64,000 nt of DNA from Lingula anatina (GCA_051362555.1 CM120647.1:62001-126000), one strand, 5' to 3'; shown: positions 15,190 through 28,741, counted from the first letter of the stretch. The notes: generated by a model from the sequence alone, not told the origin. Numbers and translations are program-made.

Positions 15190-15960
15190 ATAATGCGGTT
15201 AAATAGCATGTGGATATCCAAAATGGGCACTAAAACAAGGGAAAAAAGAGGCATGAACAGACATGACAAAGGAAAGGATGCAATGGGCCCCACTGGGGAT
15301 GAAAAACAAAGCATAGTATTACCATATTGCAAAGGTCTGTCAGAAAAACGTACTCGGATTTACAAGAAATATAACATCAAACTCCACCATAAGCCAGATT
15401 GGACGCTGAGACAAGCACTAGTAAAACCCAAGGATCCTCTAACCCAAGGGGAGCAATGTGGTGTGAATTATTTGGTCAATTGCAAATGTGGAACCTGCCA
15501 AGGAGAATACATTGGCGAGACAGGAAGAGCATTAGCCACAATAATGAAAGAACACAAAGACTCAATGGCCAAAAACAACTGAAAATCAGCCCTTGGAGAA
15601 CATACCTGCAAGCATCCAGGTCACCACATTGATTTTGACAGCCTGAAAGTAATAGACAGGGAAAACTGGACATTCCAAAGAAAAATGGCAGAAGCTGTAC
15701 ACATCAGGACTAAACAACCAGACCTGAACAGACAGGGGGGATATGATCTACCAGCTATCTACCTCACGATGCTCCAGAGGGATGCAGAGGAGCCCCGGGA
15801 GGAGGATGTAACAGTTACAACACAAGGTCAGTGATTAGGGGCAATTGACCTGGATTTTCATTCCAGGTGAAATGACCCTTGTCATTTACTCCCTGATGAG
15901 GGTGACTGACAGTCACAGAAATATTGGAGGTAATACCTACATATTTTATAAGCTCTTGAT
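15190..15960 (+). mobile_element. Penelope-like retroelement 3' fragment (GIY-YIG endonuclease)
   Basis: LPYCKGLSEK...CGVNYLVNCKCGTCQGEYIGETGR...KEH, then SALGEH...EAVHIR...LNRQGG after a frameshift. Confidence 0.85.
15887..15933 (+). ncRNA. Minimal type I hammerhead ribozyme of a Penelope element
   Basis: TACTCC-CTGATGA-G-GGTGAC-TGACA-GTCAC-A-GAAA-TAT-T-GGAG: catalytic core, stem II hairpin, palindromic stem III, CTCC/GGAG stem I; located at the PLE 3' end as expected. Confidence 0.65.
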
Positions 15961-16019
15961 AAAAAGAAAAACAATAATTTAAATTTGAACTAAGTGGTGT
16001 TTAAAAAATATCTATGGTA

Positions 16020-17245
16020 GAATGGTGCTAAAAAGACAGACATTGCCAGACAGATTATTGCACCAAACAGAACGGTCCGCACAGTTTTATAGAGTACTGC
16101 CCAGACTGATGAACCTACACAGAGGCCACACCCAATGTATCAAAATCTTACCACCAGGGTACAAGACTCACTGTATTTAGGAATATGGTGATGCGACTAA
16201 ACAAAAAACACCCAGTCCGTTCAGAATGAGGGGTAATTTGCTAGGCCCTTAGCGAACAAACAACTTGTTTTAGCAGGTTAGAATACCATATGACCTCCGG
16301 AGAACCCACTGAAAACGGCAAAACAGCGTCGTCTGTTTCTTTAATGAATTGGGGACCATGAACGTTTCTGGATAGAACACTGGAATTGCGTGGCTTTCTT
16401 TACTGAGGTCGGATTTCACCTGTACCGCTCAACTAGTCAAAACAGAGTTTACAGACATCCAGAAAAGGCCTATGATGAAGAGTGCGCCGATTCTAAAGTG
16501 ATTAGGGTCATTGACAGCGTCAGTATTTGGACTGGATACCACATTGGTGCCAAAACAGCAATAGTAGTCATCTATGTAAACCTGAACCAGATCAAATAAA
16601 GGAATAATCTGGGAACCACTTGACTATCATTTGATAGGGGGCGCCTTAGGAAACATTTTAGATTTTATTAGTAGATAACTTAAAGAACCAGCAGAATGAG
16701 CTGCCACCTTGGTCATCAATATCGCCACATTTTAACCACATAGGCAATATTTGGGTAGGCCATTACTAGCCGAATCAACGGCCTACAAAACTGAACCAAA
16801 TTGGACAAGTTTTGACTAATGCCTGGAATGTTATTCCAGATTGAACTCTAAAAATCTTTCCAAAGAAATGCCTTGCCGCTTGAGAGACCTGGAAGCAGCT
16901 AGACGAAGTCAGGCGTAACAGCGACCGTTGCTGTGACTAGACACTGACATGAGGGTCCTTTGTGGGGCGTGTAACTCTTTAACAGACGATAATTTGTAAA
17001 ATATGGAGATCCAAAATACCGATTTTAATGGTTGTTGTTAACATAAAATAGGCAATGTATTTTTGTTTGCTTCACTGGCGAATTTAATTAATGAACTGAT
17101 GTCACAATGACATCAAAGAGATCATTAAAAGTTATTAAAACACGATATTAATCCTTAATTTCATTTATCAGTCAGCTGAATAGGAAAATTTTGATGAAAA
17201 GGGATTTGGAAAAAAATATTCCATATTAAATGTCAAGTCTGTATT
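16020..17245 (+). mobile_element. Decayed Tc1/mariner transposon, copy B
   Basis: Colinear with 5720-7030 over >1 kb with scattered substitutions and indels. Confidence 0.7.
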
Positions 17246-17339
17246 TTTTCTGAAAACAATAAGATTTATCAATCAAATGCACCAAGCAAATTTAAGGATA
17301 TAAGACAGCTTCTGAAAACAATAAGATTATGCTGATTTA

Positions 17340-18070
17340 GAAAATAGCCTGCCATTTTATCAATCAAATGCACTAAGCAAATTTAAGGATATAAGACAGC
17401 TTCTGTCTATAATAGTGTTTAAAAAAACATCAAGTGGCTATTTATATTAAATAATGTAAAGATGTAAAGCAATTAACTTGATTAGATATTTGAAATGTGC
17501 TTCCAAATTAAGACTAGTGCTATACACACTGAGTATTTATTTTAAATTTTTTGTGTAATGATATAATTTCGTATATTCCAGATAATTATTTAATGATCAG
17601 TTGCATAAGTCAAATGCATGCATTAAATTTATAAATGATTGCAAGATATGAACATATAAAACCATATTCGGACAAGTTTCAGTTCGTTGCCTTCACCCCC
17701 CCCCCCCCCCCCCCCCCTTTACTCCAACTGACGCAATATCACCGTGGGTTCGGATGAGATGGGAGTTTATGGACTCGGTACACGGTATTTTACAAACATA
17801 TGTCAGGGTTATGGAGATGTCCAGGATTTAGGTTATCAGCCAAAACAGCAGATGGGTAGCGTTTGATGAAACAAGGGCAACTGAGACACGAAGCATCTAC
17901 GCCTGTGAAAAACCTTTGATAAAAACGAATGGCAGGTGCTTTCGAGATCTGCGCCATGCCCTCGTCACATGTCGAAAATACACCGTCCGACTTTATCGAA
18001 ACAGAGCAACGTGAAAAGAACGGTTTATATATAAGAAAAAAATTCCCGCTTGGGGTCTTATAGAAAAATA
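17340..18070. repeat. Interspersed repeat, paralogous to 48340-49170
   Basis: Shared blocks, e.g. TAGCCTGCCATTTTATC, CAGATGGGTAGCGTTTGATGAAACAAGG, CACATGTCGAAAATACACCGTC. Confidence 0.8.
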
Positions 18071-18523
18071 ACACGTCCATGGACAAATATATCCACGTAG
18101 GCCTACCTGTAATCCTTGTAAACCTACAGTTTTGTTAATTTATAAGGAGCTTGTTGGTCATTGAAGTTATATTGCTATTGGAAAGATGGGGTTCGTTGCA
18201 AATATATTCACCTAAGGCATTCTGCAAATAAATATGTATCAGATACGTATATTGAAAAAATGCACTAGCAACAACGTTTAGTTCTTACGGTCTAGCCAGA
18301 AATACGCTTAGAAATTTTATTTTCATTTTAGGTTGAAGGGGGGGGATTCAAATAATTTTTTTTCAAAATAATGTATTTTTGCTCACTATTAAAAAGACAT
18401 TTTAGACGACGTAAACACCCATTTTAATTTACTAAAGCCATGTATCTTAAAACGGTAAAAACAACGACTCTTATTCAATAAAATGCTGTATTTGTCTAAA
18501 ATCCATGAATGGGCCCACATGTA

Positions 18524-20260
18524 CACACTCTGGACAATAGAAGTGTCACCCCTACTGAACCGTTACTTTGGGGGAGATAAATGACTGTGGAATGATATGC
18601 TCCTGGTATCATTTTATTAACATAAAATTTCACAAAAAAACACAAAATGAGAACAAAACATACATTCTACCAAGATTTGCAGTTTCAAGTCCAAAATTAG
18701 TACTTAGTGGCATAGCCACGTGACATAATAATAGCTGCCAGTCTGCGAGGCAAGGATTCATATTATTGTCTGATGCGTTCAGGGCTTATGCTGGCCCATG
18801 AATGAAACACTGAATCCAACAGAGTTTGTCTGCTGGTTGGACGGGCATTTGTCAAAAGTTTTTACATATCATTCTACACAATTTCTATTATGTATCGTAA
18901 TGAAAATGATTAAAAAGTACAGATATAAAGTTGTGATCGTAATGAATACATTGTACCTTTCATAACTGATACAATATACATTTGTAAAGAGGTTAAACAG
19001 TGTAAGTAAGAGAGTTAAAGAGTGCATGTGTTGTTCAATAATAACAAAAGATCAAGGGAGTATAGTTATCATTCCTTCAGGATGATACAATGAAAAATAT
19101 GTATTAATAGAAATTGCGACCTAAGGTCAAGTAACATACCATTGCCTAATAAGAGAATGATTACATTTTGGTAATGACGTAATGATGGAAAGTTATGGAA
19201 AAAGGGATAATCATAGACATTGTGTAAGAGCTGAGGAATTATTACATTACCAAATAAGGTAATGTAGGAGAAAAACTTTGTGATACATCATGATATTGGA
19301 ATGAAGCTCTAAAGGATAAAAGAGAATATATTGTAACTGGAAAATAAGAATATACGAATAAATCTTTTAGGCTTCAAAAAAGATGTATGTTCTTCATTAA
19401 TAGTACAGGCGAAATAGCGGTACTATATATGTTTGCATCCGGACTCAGAGCAGGCCACACCACCTTGCGAATGTCCTGTTGGTCAAACCAGTCATCAACT
19501 GCTCTGGGTCTGTGACAAGGAGCATTGTCACCCTGGTGAACAAATGGATAATTCCTGTCACCAAACATGTTAGTAATAGATGGTAGCAAGCCTGACTCCA
19601 AAACATCGATATATTTCTGGTGATTCATGTTTACATCAACCATTACCAATTCACCCACGCCATTGATGCTGATGCAGCCCCGCACCATGATGAATATGCT
19701 GTTCCGGGTTCGCAAATTCAGTGCATGTGGTTCAAATGCTTTACCAGCAGTTCGCCAGCATCGGGCACGTCTAGCTGTCATCAGAATAAAATATATAGGA
19801 CCAATTGTCATGGACTGTCCGGTTCAAGATCCTGTTGGCATTTTTTCACTCTATGTTGCCCGTTTTGTAACGATATAAGAGGTTTCAGTCTTGCTACCCT
19901 GCTGGTCACTCTCTGAGTATGTAACCGACGCCTAGAGTTTTCACAGACAGATACTTACCTGTATGTGTGACAAGCAATGTCGAACTTTGAGAACCTGGAC
20001 ATCAAAATCAGTCGTCGGTCTTCACGGTCAGTAGTTTTTCTTGGACGACCCATCAGAGGCAATTTGTCTCTTGATCCAGTGTTTCTATACCGAGACCAGA
20101 CCCTCTGCACGGTTCTGACTGAACAATTCAACTGTATTGATATTCTGACATCGCTTATATTCCGCCTTTTCAGGTTAATAACTTGACGTCTATAAGTTAG
20201 ATAATTGCCTGTATCTTGCCATATTGGAGGAAGACAGGAATAGCATTTGCTGTACATGTA
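18524..20260 (-). mobile_element. Decayed Tc1 transposon interrupted by an insertion and truncated by the inverted duplication
   Basis: HTH (CSVRTVQRVW...GRPRKTTDREDR) and DDE parts (HQGDNAPCHR...WPALSPDANI); TA-CACACTCTGGACAA terminus near 18523. Confidence 0.85.
18893..19427. mobile_element. 535-bp insertion with 4-bp target duplication (TATG), probable solo LTR
   Basis: Splits the Tc1 SPDANI|IEI motif; TATG at 18889-92 and 19428-31; short inverted ends TATCGTA/TACTATA; AATAAA near 19357. Confidence 0.55.
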
Positions 20261-21574
20261 CAATGATGAGTGCACTTTCGGCTGTTTTAGCTCTCAAATG
20301 CAGTTTGAATGTAGTTGGAAAACTAGGAATAATTGTAATGCTGTCAGAAGGCAGTAAAAATATTTAGAATATACTTTGATTGGCGTACTAGTGTAGTTCG
20401 ATTGCTGGCAAAATTAATATTTCACCTCATCCGAGGAACATTCGAAATATTCTGGCGGGATTTTATACCCCCGTCACACTGGAGGCGGAATGATTAAGAA
20501 TGGCGTCGAAAATACAATTCTTTGTGAATCCCAGGTTATTCGAAGAGCATTCCAAAAATTCCAAGTGCATTCCAAATATTTTTACCCATTCTTGTGGCCG
20601 GCTTGAATGTTTTTGTCATGTCTAATAACAAGTTAAGAAAGTTCACTAGTTCACTAAAACACAAAACAACTGTCACTTTTATTTTAAACCCCTTTTTTAT
20701 TATTTTGATAAAGTTAGTTACAGTACTGATAAACAAAGTATCACGTTTTCAATAATTAATATTTTAAATTACAATCCATGTCTGCAAGGTTGTGTCAATG
20801 ACCAAAATACAACGTTGAGTCAACGTCACATTATGACGGTGTTTTGACGTGCTGCTGGATCAACGTTGATTTTACGTTAAATTTAGGTAGATCAACGGCA
20901 ATTCAACGTATCAACCTGTTTTCGACGTTGATCCAACGTCACTATGCCCGCTGGGGAGCAGATAGAGAGAGAGAAGGGGAGATAGGCTTGTACTATGTAA
21001 CTGTTAGTGTAGTAAAATATATTCTGTTGAAGTAACAACATGGAGTCGTTTCATTCTTTTCCGTGTCCAGGATTTAAGACATGGATCCTGGGGATCTTTG
21101 AAGCAGTATTACAGATAGCGTTATCCAAAGATATGATCCAATTGTGCCCAAACCCTGGGGTTTTATTATTAAAGGTTATTTTATGTAATGTGGGGGTGAG
21201 GATGCTCAAAGGGAGGTTCCCAACATAGTGAGATGGTACTGCGAGCGACAATAACGAAGACTTAAAATTTAGTCCGTTTGTGTTTTTGTATGGGAATAGA
21301 TAATTCTAGTTTTTTTTTTTATTTTGTGTTTGAAATTGCCAGACTGATTTTAGTTTAATTTCACTTGGACAAACAGTTCTTTTAATTGGTTTCCTTTAAT
21401 AAAAAATAAATGGACTTATATATTGAGAATGAGCGTATACGACTCAAACAATGTTTTTCTAAACCTACATCATCAGCATTTGGTCAGAAAAAGGAATATG
21501 CTTTTATTGTTTGAGTAATAGTTGGTCTAAACTTCCTCCAATCGTCGGTATCAATGACGTATATTTTATAAGAA

Positions 21575-22390
21575 TAAGCTTCTTCTTTAATTGTAAAACC
21601 TGGTGCAGGCATCGTCGATCATGATCCTCCAGTTTGCTCTATCTTCAGTTGATTGGATGGACTCGTTGTTGGTCTGTCGTTGATTGGTTTTTGCAAAGTA
21701 TTAAGGCCGTTGATGTATGGTGTTCTTTGTCTTCTTCTACTTTTTCCATTCAATTTTCCCACTAAGTACGTGCTTTTCTATTTCGTCTCTTTTTTGGCAT
21801 TGGTCAGAGATGCCATTTGTCTTTTTTTGATTGTTTCCAGCAGTGAGCGTTGTAACACTTCTTCATTGGTCTGTCTATCTGCCTAGGCTATTCTCCACAA
21901 TATTTTTAGGTAACGCATTCCCGTATAATAGCTTCCAGTTTCTACTTAGTGCTGTTGGAGATAGTCTAGCTTTCACAACCGTACAAGAGGACTGACCAAA
22001 GTAGGATTTCAGTGTTCTTATTTTTGTGTCAATAGAGATGTTTCTATTCTTTAGTAAAATTTTACTGTCTTTTGTTATTGCTATACGTTGCTTAGTCTCT
22101 ATGTCACATTTCGATTCTAATGTCAACACGAACCCAAGATATTTTAATTGGTATACTTGTTTTTTTCTCCTTTGCAACTGATATTGCATTTGGGTATTTG
22201 TTTTTTTCTTTGAAACAACCATTCAGTTTTCTTTTCATCCAGTTCCAGTCCCCATTTCTTGCTTTCTTTTGATACTGTATTGAGGATTTTATGGATTTGT
22301 TTCTCAGAGTCTGCATGAGTACAGTGTCTGCATATCTTAAATTGTTGATGTTCTGGTCATTTCGAAACTTTCATTCCATAGTGATCAACA
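21575..22390 (-). mobile_element. RTE-clade LINE 3' fragment (left-arm copy)
   Basis: INNLRYAD..., KQVYQLKYLG, LLYGCES-like motifs with frameshifts; GAAGAAG tail. Confidence 0.75.
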
Positions 22391-22719
22391 ATGTTGCGTT
22401 AAAATCAATTCACGGTTCAAGAGAGCAGGTGGCACACATCCCTGTCCAACTTCTCTACAGATTGGTCCGAATTTACTGCATTCGCAGTCTATCATTATTG
22501 CTAACTCTTGATCCCAGTCAAGGCTTTGTATAATTCTTAGATATTGCTGTGGTCTACATGATTGGCGCTAAATATTGGCAAAATTGCTCAGAAGGTGGAA
22601 AAGCACCAGGTTTGGCACTAATGAACTTTGTACTACCCTGATCATTACCAAAAATTACAAAGCGTTGCATAGCAACCGTTGCTAGGGAAGTGAAATACCA
22701 GTACTTTTTCACCTGGTTT

Positions 22720-23325
22720 GAACTCTCTGTTCCTGTACCAGGTGAAAAAGAATTGATGAGATTTCTAGGTATGGCAGGATTTTACAGAAAATTTTGCCCA
22801 AATTTTTCCTCTGTTGTTAGTCCACTTACTAACCTCTTAAAAAAGAGGGTGATATTTAATTGGACAAAGGACTGTGATGAGTCCTTCAGGAAAATTAAGG
22901 CAATCCTTATGAGTAATCCAGTTTTGTCAGCTCCAGATTTTGAGAGGCAATTTAAACTTGCTGTTGATGCTAGTGATGTAGGAATAGGAGCTGCTTTATT
23001 CCAGGAAAATGATGACAATGTAGATAGAGTTGTTTCTTACTTTTCAAAGAAACTTACAAAATGTCAGAAAAACTATTCTACTATTGAGAAAGAATGTCTT
23101 GCTTTGTTGTTAGCTTTACAACACTTTGATGTGTATTTGAATGTTACTTTACATCCTATTCTTGTCTACACAGACCATAATCCACTCACATTTTTGCACA
23201 AAATGTCAAATAAGAATCAGAGACTGACAAGGTGGAGTTTGTTGTTACAAGAGTATGATATTATTATTAAACATATTAAGGGCAAAGACAATGTCATTGC
23301 AGATGCCCTTTCAAGAGTGTCATAA
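22720..23325 (+). mobile_element. Ty3/Gypsy pol fragment (RT thumb/connection + RNase H)
   Basis: LMRFLGMAGFYRKFCPNFS, FKLAVDASDVGIGA, NYSTIEKECLA, VYTDHNPL, HIKGKDNVIADALSR*. Confidence 0.92.
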
Positions 23326-23400
23326 TTGGACATATATATGCATTATTTAGAGTGTAAAATTTAAGTTTTCATTGATATTCAAACTTTTTAAGGGGGGAGG

Positions 23401-23852
23401 TGTTGTGTATAAGTAGGTCAGCTTATGACGTCACCATATCGTGAGAGCATGAGTATCTCGAGAGCGTTAGTTTAGACAGACGCTGGAGTATGAACGGATA
23501 GGAGACTGAGTTTTGTTTTGGGACTTTTGAAGGAGAATATTCTTTTTGGAACCTATTTACCACTGAACCAACACTCATATTTTCTACTGGAACTTGCATC
23601 ATAATTACTGTGGGATTTCATCGGACACTTTCACTGAACTTTGAGCCGATTTATCTCAATTCACTCTCCAGTCGACGGATTCACATCGGACTTTCACACA
23701 GGACATTCCATGGTTTCAGATAGGTCTATTTGTGTATTAAGAATAGCTTATTGTTATTGTCAGTAGTTTATTTAGTTTTAATAAAATATTAAAACGTCTT
23801 TAAATCTTTTGTCATTGATTTTTGCTGGCATTGGGTACTCTGACCCGTAACA
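23401..23852 (+). mobile_element. 3' LTR of the Gypsy element
   Basis: Polypurine tract AGGGGGGAGG 23391-23400 immediately followed by TGTT...; ends ...GTAACA; AATAAA near 23780. Confidence 0.8.
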
Positions 23853-24224
23853 GCAGTCTTTCTACATTATTTCAACTAGACAATAAAAGACCAACTAGCT
23901 TGTTACTAAGGTAATTCACTTCCCTAGCAACGGTTGCTATGCAACGCTTTGTAATTTTTGGTAATGATCAGGGTAGTACAAAGTTCATTAGTGCCAAACC
24001 TGGTGCTTTTCCACCTTCTGAGCAATTTTGCCAATATTTAGCGCCAATCATGTAGACCACAGCAATATCTAAGAATTATACAAAGCCTTGACTGGGATCA
24101 AGAGTTAGCAATAATGATAGACTGCGAATGCAGTAAATTCGGACCAATCTGTAGAGAAGTTGGACAGGGATGTGTGCCACCTGCTCTCTTGAACCGTGAA
24201 TTGATTTTAACGCAACATTGTTGA

Positions 24225-25045
24225 TCACTATGGAATGAAAGTTTCGAAATGACCAGAACATCAACAATTTAAGATATGCAGACACTGTACTCATGCAGAC
24301 TCTGAGAAACAAATCCATAAAATCCTCAATACAGTATCAAAAGAAAGCGAGAAATGGGGACTGGAACTGGATGAAAAGAAAACTGAATGGTTGTTTCAAA
24401 GAAAAAAACAAATACCCAAATGCAATATCAGTTGCAAAGGAGAAAAAACAAGTATACCAATTAAAATATCTTGGGTTCGTGTTGACATTAGAATCGAAAT
24501 GTGACATAGAGACTAAGCAACGTATAGCAATAACAAAAGACAGTAAAATTTTACTAAAGAATAGAAACATCTCTATTGACACAAAAATAAGAACACTGAA
24601 ATCCTACTTTGGTCAGTCCTCTTGTACGGTTGTGAAAGCTAGAATATCTCCAACAGCACTAAGTAGAAACTGGAAGCTATTATACGGGAATGCGTTACCT
24701 AAAAATATTGTGGAGAATAGCCTAGGCAGATAGACAGACCAATGAAGAAGTGTTACAACTTGCAAGATTACAACGCTCACTGCTGGAAACAATCAAAAAA
24801 AGACAAATGGCATCTCTTACCAATGCCAAAAAGGAGACAAAATAGAAAAGCACGTACTTAGTGGGAAAATTGAATGGAAAAAGTAGAAGAAGACAAAGAA
24901 CACCATACATCAACGGCCTTAATCCTTTGCAAAAAACAATCAACGACAGACCAACAACGAGCCCATCCAATCAACTGAAGATAGAGCAAACTGGAGGATC
25001 ATGATCGATGATGCCTGCACCAGGTTTTACAATTAAAGAAGAAGC
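24225..25045 (+). mobile_element. RTE-clade LINE 3' fragment (right-arm copy)
   Basis: Mirror of 21575-22390; retains the EEVLQLARLQRSL segment shortened in the left copy. Confidence 0.75.
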
Positions 25046-27286
25046 TTATTCTTATAAAATATACGTCATTGATACCGACGATTGGAGGAAGTTTAGACCA
25101 ATATTACTCAAACAATAAAAGCATATTCCTTTTTCTGACCAAATGCTGATGATGTAGGTTTAGAAAAACATTGTTTGAGTCGTATACGCTCATTCTCAAT
25201 ATATAAGTCCATTTATTTTTTATTAAAGGAAACCAATTAAAAGAACTGTTTGTCCAAGTGAAATTAAACTAAAATCAGTCTGGCAATTTCAAACACAAAA
25301 TAAAAAAAAAAACTAGAATTATCTATTCCCATACAAAAACACAAACGGACTAAATTTTAAGTCTTCGTTATTGTCGCTCGCAGTACCATCTCACTATGTT
25401 GGGAACCTCCCTTTGAGCACAATTGGATCATATCTTTGGATAACGCTATCTGTAATACTGCTTCAAAGATCCCCAGGATCCATGTCTTAAATCCTGGACA
25501 CGGAAACGAATGAAACGACTCCATGTTGTTACTTCAACAGAATATATTTTACTACACTAACAGTTACATAGTACAAGCCTATCTCCCCTTCTCTCTCTCT
25601 ATCTGCTCCCCAGCGGGCATAGTGACGTTGGATGAACGTCGAAAACAGATTGATACGTTGAATTGCCGTTGATCTACCGAAATTCAACTTAAAATCAACG
25701 TTGATCCAGCAGCACGTCAAAACACCGTCATAATGTGACGTTGACTCAACGTTGTATTTTGGTCATTGACACAGCCTTGCAGACATGGATTGTAATTTAA
25801 AATATTAATTATTGAAAACGTGATACTTTGTTTATCAGTACTGTAACTAACTTTATCAAAATAATAAAAAAGGGGTTTAAAATAAAAGTGACAGTTGTTT
25901 TGTGTTTTAGTGAACTAGTGAACTTTCTTAACTTGTTATTCGACATGACAAAAACATTCAAGCCGGCCACAAGAATGGGTAAAAATATTTGGAATGCACT
26001 TGGAATTTTTGGAATGCTCTTCGAATAACCTGGGATTCACAAATAATTGTATTTTCGACGCCATTCTTAATCATTCCGCCTCTAGTGTGACGGGGGTATA
26101 AAATCCCGCCAGAATATTTCGAATGTGCCTCGGATGAGGTGAAATATTAATTTTGCCAGCAATCGAACTACACTAGTACGCCAATCAAAGTATATTCTAA
26201 ATATTTTTACTGCCTTCTGACAGCATTACAATTATTCCTAGTTTTCCAACTACATTCAAACTGCATTTGAGAGCTAAAACAGCCGAAAGTGCACTCATCA
26301 TTCCAGGCGAATTCAAGCGCATTCTGAGTATTCCAACGGTACTCTTACAATAATTATGGTCAATTCAAAAATTTTCCCGAATGTGGTGCGAATTTTTAAA
26401 ATTCTTCATTCAGCCTCATTCTTCTTGATTCCTGCTGATTCCAATTAAGTGACGGGGGTATTAGTTATGTTGCGTCCTGCATATTATTTAAGTTTGATCA
26501 CGTTTAGTTACAGATTAATTTACTTGGTTAATACTTTCTTTCAATTAGATTCCCATTTAGATCCATTTTTTTTTCTCTTTGATTTAGTTAATTAGTACGC
26601 TTTTGTATTTTCATTTATTTTATCGGTTATCAACATTTAGTTTTGACAGTATTATCAGCTATTGTTTAGTTTTCTGTTTTGAACCCTAGTTTTAGTTTAA
26701 TTATTTGATACAACGATTTGTCAGCCTTTTCTTAATTGTGTTTATTCATTTTCCGTTGGTCATTTCAGTTTTATCAATCCCGTTTAGTTCGTCAACGTTG
26801 TTTATTTATTTTTTTTTTATTTTGGTATTAGTACATTTCATTAGAATTTTGAGTTTAATTTTTTATTTCAGTTATAAAGATTAAACCACATTATCATAGC
26901 CTAACTCAAACCCCATCCTTTTTTTTCTGTTTGTTCTTTGGTTATTCAAACACACCTTTGCTTTGTCTGCCATTTATTGTGCTTACTGTATTCTGCTTTG
27001 CTTAAATTTGATTTGCAGTGTTGTGCTGTGCGTGTTGTTTTCTTTGTTAAACTTTGCAGTGACCTAACTTGTATATACACTTACCATTGTTTCAATTTAA
27101 ATTGAACTGTTTCTTTCTTTAACTGTAATAACATTTCTTTCTTGTTATTCTTTCCACCGGTTTCCAGTATTTTCAGCTTGAAACTTGTTTTATATTCTGT
27201 AAATATTGTCTACATTCCATACACTCATTTGACTTTGTGATTGGTTTTTGTACAAATTGTGAAATTGTGGGTTTGCATTCTTCATC

Positions 27287-28681
27287 ATGGCTTCTGGTGG
27301 CAGAAAGATGTCTGATCGAGAAAAAGATATACTAGTGAGTGCATTTGAAGCTCTTGATGTGAAACCCGACTTTGAACATATGGAGGAATGGATGGAGCAT
27401 TATGTACATGTAGGAAGTAGAGTGAGAGTTGGCATGGATAGTGATGATGTGAGAGATAGACATGTTGTTCCAACACATATTGACTTCCCAAAAATCGCCA
27501 TTTTCTCCGGCGATTCGCAAAAAGACGTTTCGTATGATGCTTGGAACTATGAAGTTCGCACCTTCATTAAAGAAAATACCTACCTCATGCATGTAATAAC
27601 TACCGCAGTGAAAAAATCTTTGAGAAGAGAAGCCGCGAAAATCGTGAGGCGACTGGGTGTTGATTGCAAGGTAGAACGCATCATCGAGAGGTTTGATTGT
27701 ATATATGGTATGGACATGGTAGAGGACAAGGAGAGTTTGTTATCGCAATTTTACAGTGCAAAACAGAGAGACGGTGAGAAAGTGTCAGCGTGAGGATGTA
27801 GATTGGAAGACATATTGGACAGAGCTCTAGTAAGTAAAACCATGTCAGATAGTTCTGTAAATGATATGTTGAGAATGAAATTTTGAAGTGGTTTACATCG
27901 GCCATTGAGAGCAGCTCTTAGACAAAATTGGACATGATACCAGAATTTGACCATTTTAGAGTAGAAGCGAGAAGGGTAGAGAGCGAACTTGGTTTACAAA
28001 CAGATGAGAAGACAAAAGAGAAGAAGTCAGCACATGTAAAATGCATTTCTGCTGAAACTGATCCCGAGGAAGACCTCAAAGGTATGATTTATCAAATTAG
28101 CTCTAAGCTTGATAAGCTACAGCAACAGTTTGTTCCTTCAAAAAACTTTGGTGTTTTAAGGATGGTGTTACTGAGGAAAGGTCATTAAGTGGAAATTACC
28201 GCGGTAGAGGTTTCTGTGGAAGGAGCATGAACAGAGGTCGTGGACGTGGTTATCGATCTCGCAGTAACAGTCGCAATCAGTTTTTTTCAGCAGATCAGAC
28301 TTCTTCACGAGCCACAGATCAGAAAGGTAAACCTAAGAAAGAAATCATTTGCTACCGTTGTAAACAGGTTGGTCATGTTGCAATAGGTTGTAGAGTTGAT
28401 CTTAGTGATGATTTTAACTCCAAAGAGTCTGCCTAATAAGTGCGACAGACTCTGAGCAGGTTGGAAGGGATATCACAAATGCTGTTGGTAAGTCTAATGT
28501 ATGCCTTGTTTCCACTGGACATCTGTCTTTTTCAGCTTTGTTAGTTGCTTTGCTGGTTCGAATGTTTCCACAATATGTGAGTGCTTTTAAAACATTTGAG
28601 AACAAATATCCGTTGAGACCATTTGACTTTTGTAACCTAGATATTGAAGTTGCAGGTAGTAATTAATTACCATATTCTGGG

Positions 28682-28741
<60 letters not shown>

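Larger units (their letters stand above)
20262..26302. repeat. Large inverted duplication: arms 20262-~22699 and ~23910-26302 with ~1.2 kb spacer
   Basis: Near-identical reverse-complement arms (mirror ORFs in the track); differ by scattered substitutions, a 58-bp indel (21148-21205) and a ~12-bp indel (~24760). Confidence 0.95.

Noticed and set aside
20262-26302. Single giant-TIR transposon (Maverick/Foldback)
   Set aside because: Arms are mosaics cut mid-element, with no target duplication and no characteristic termini or coding cargo.
27287-27793. Domesticated gag (PNMA/Arc-like) host gene
   Set aside because: In-frame stops follow (TGA at 27791 and later) and the protease region is decayed; consistent with a dead retrotransposon.
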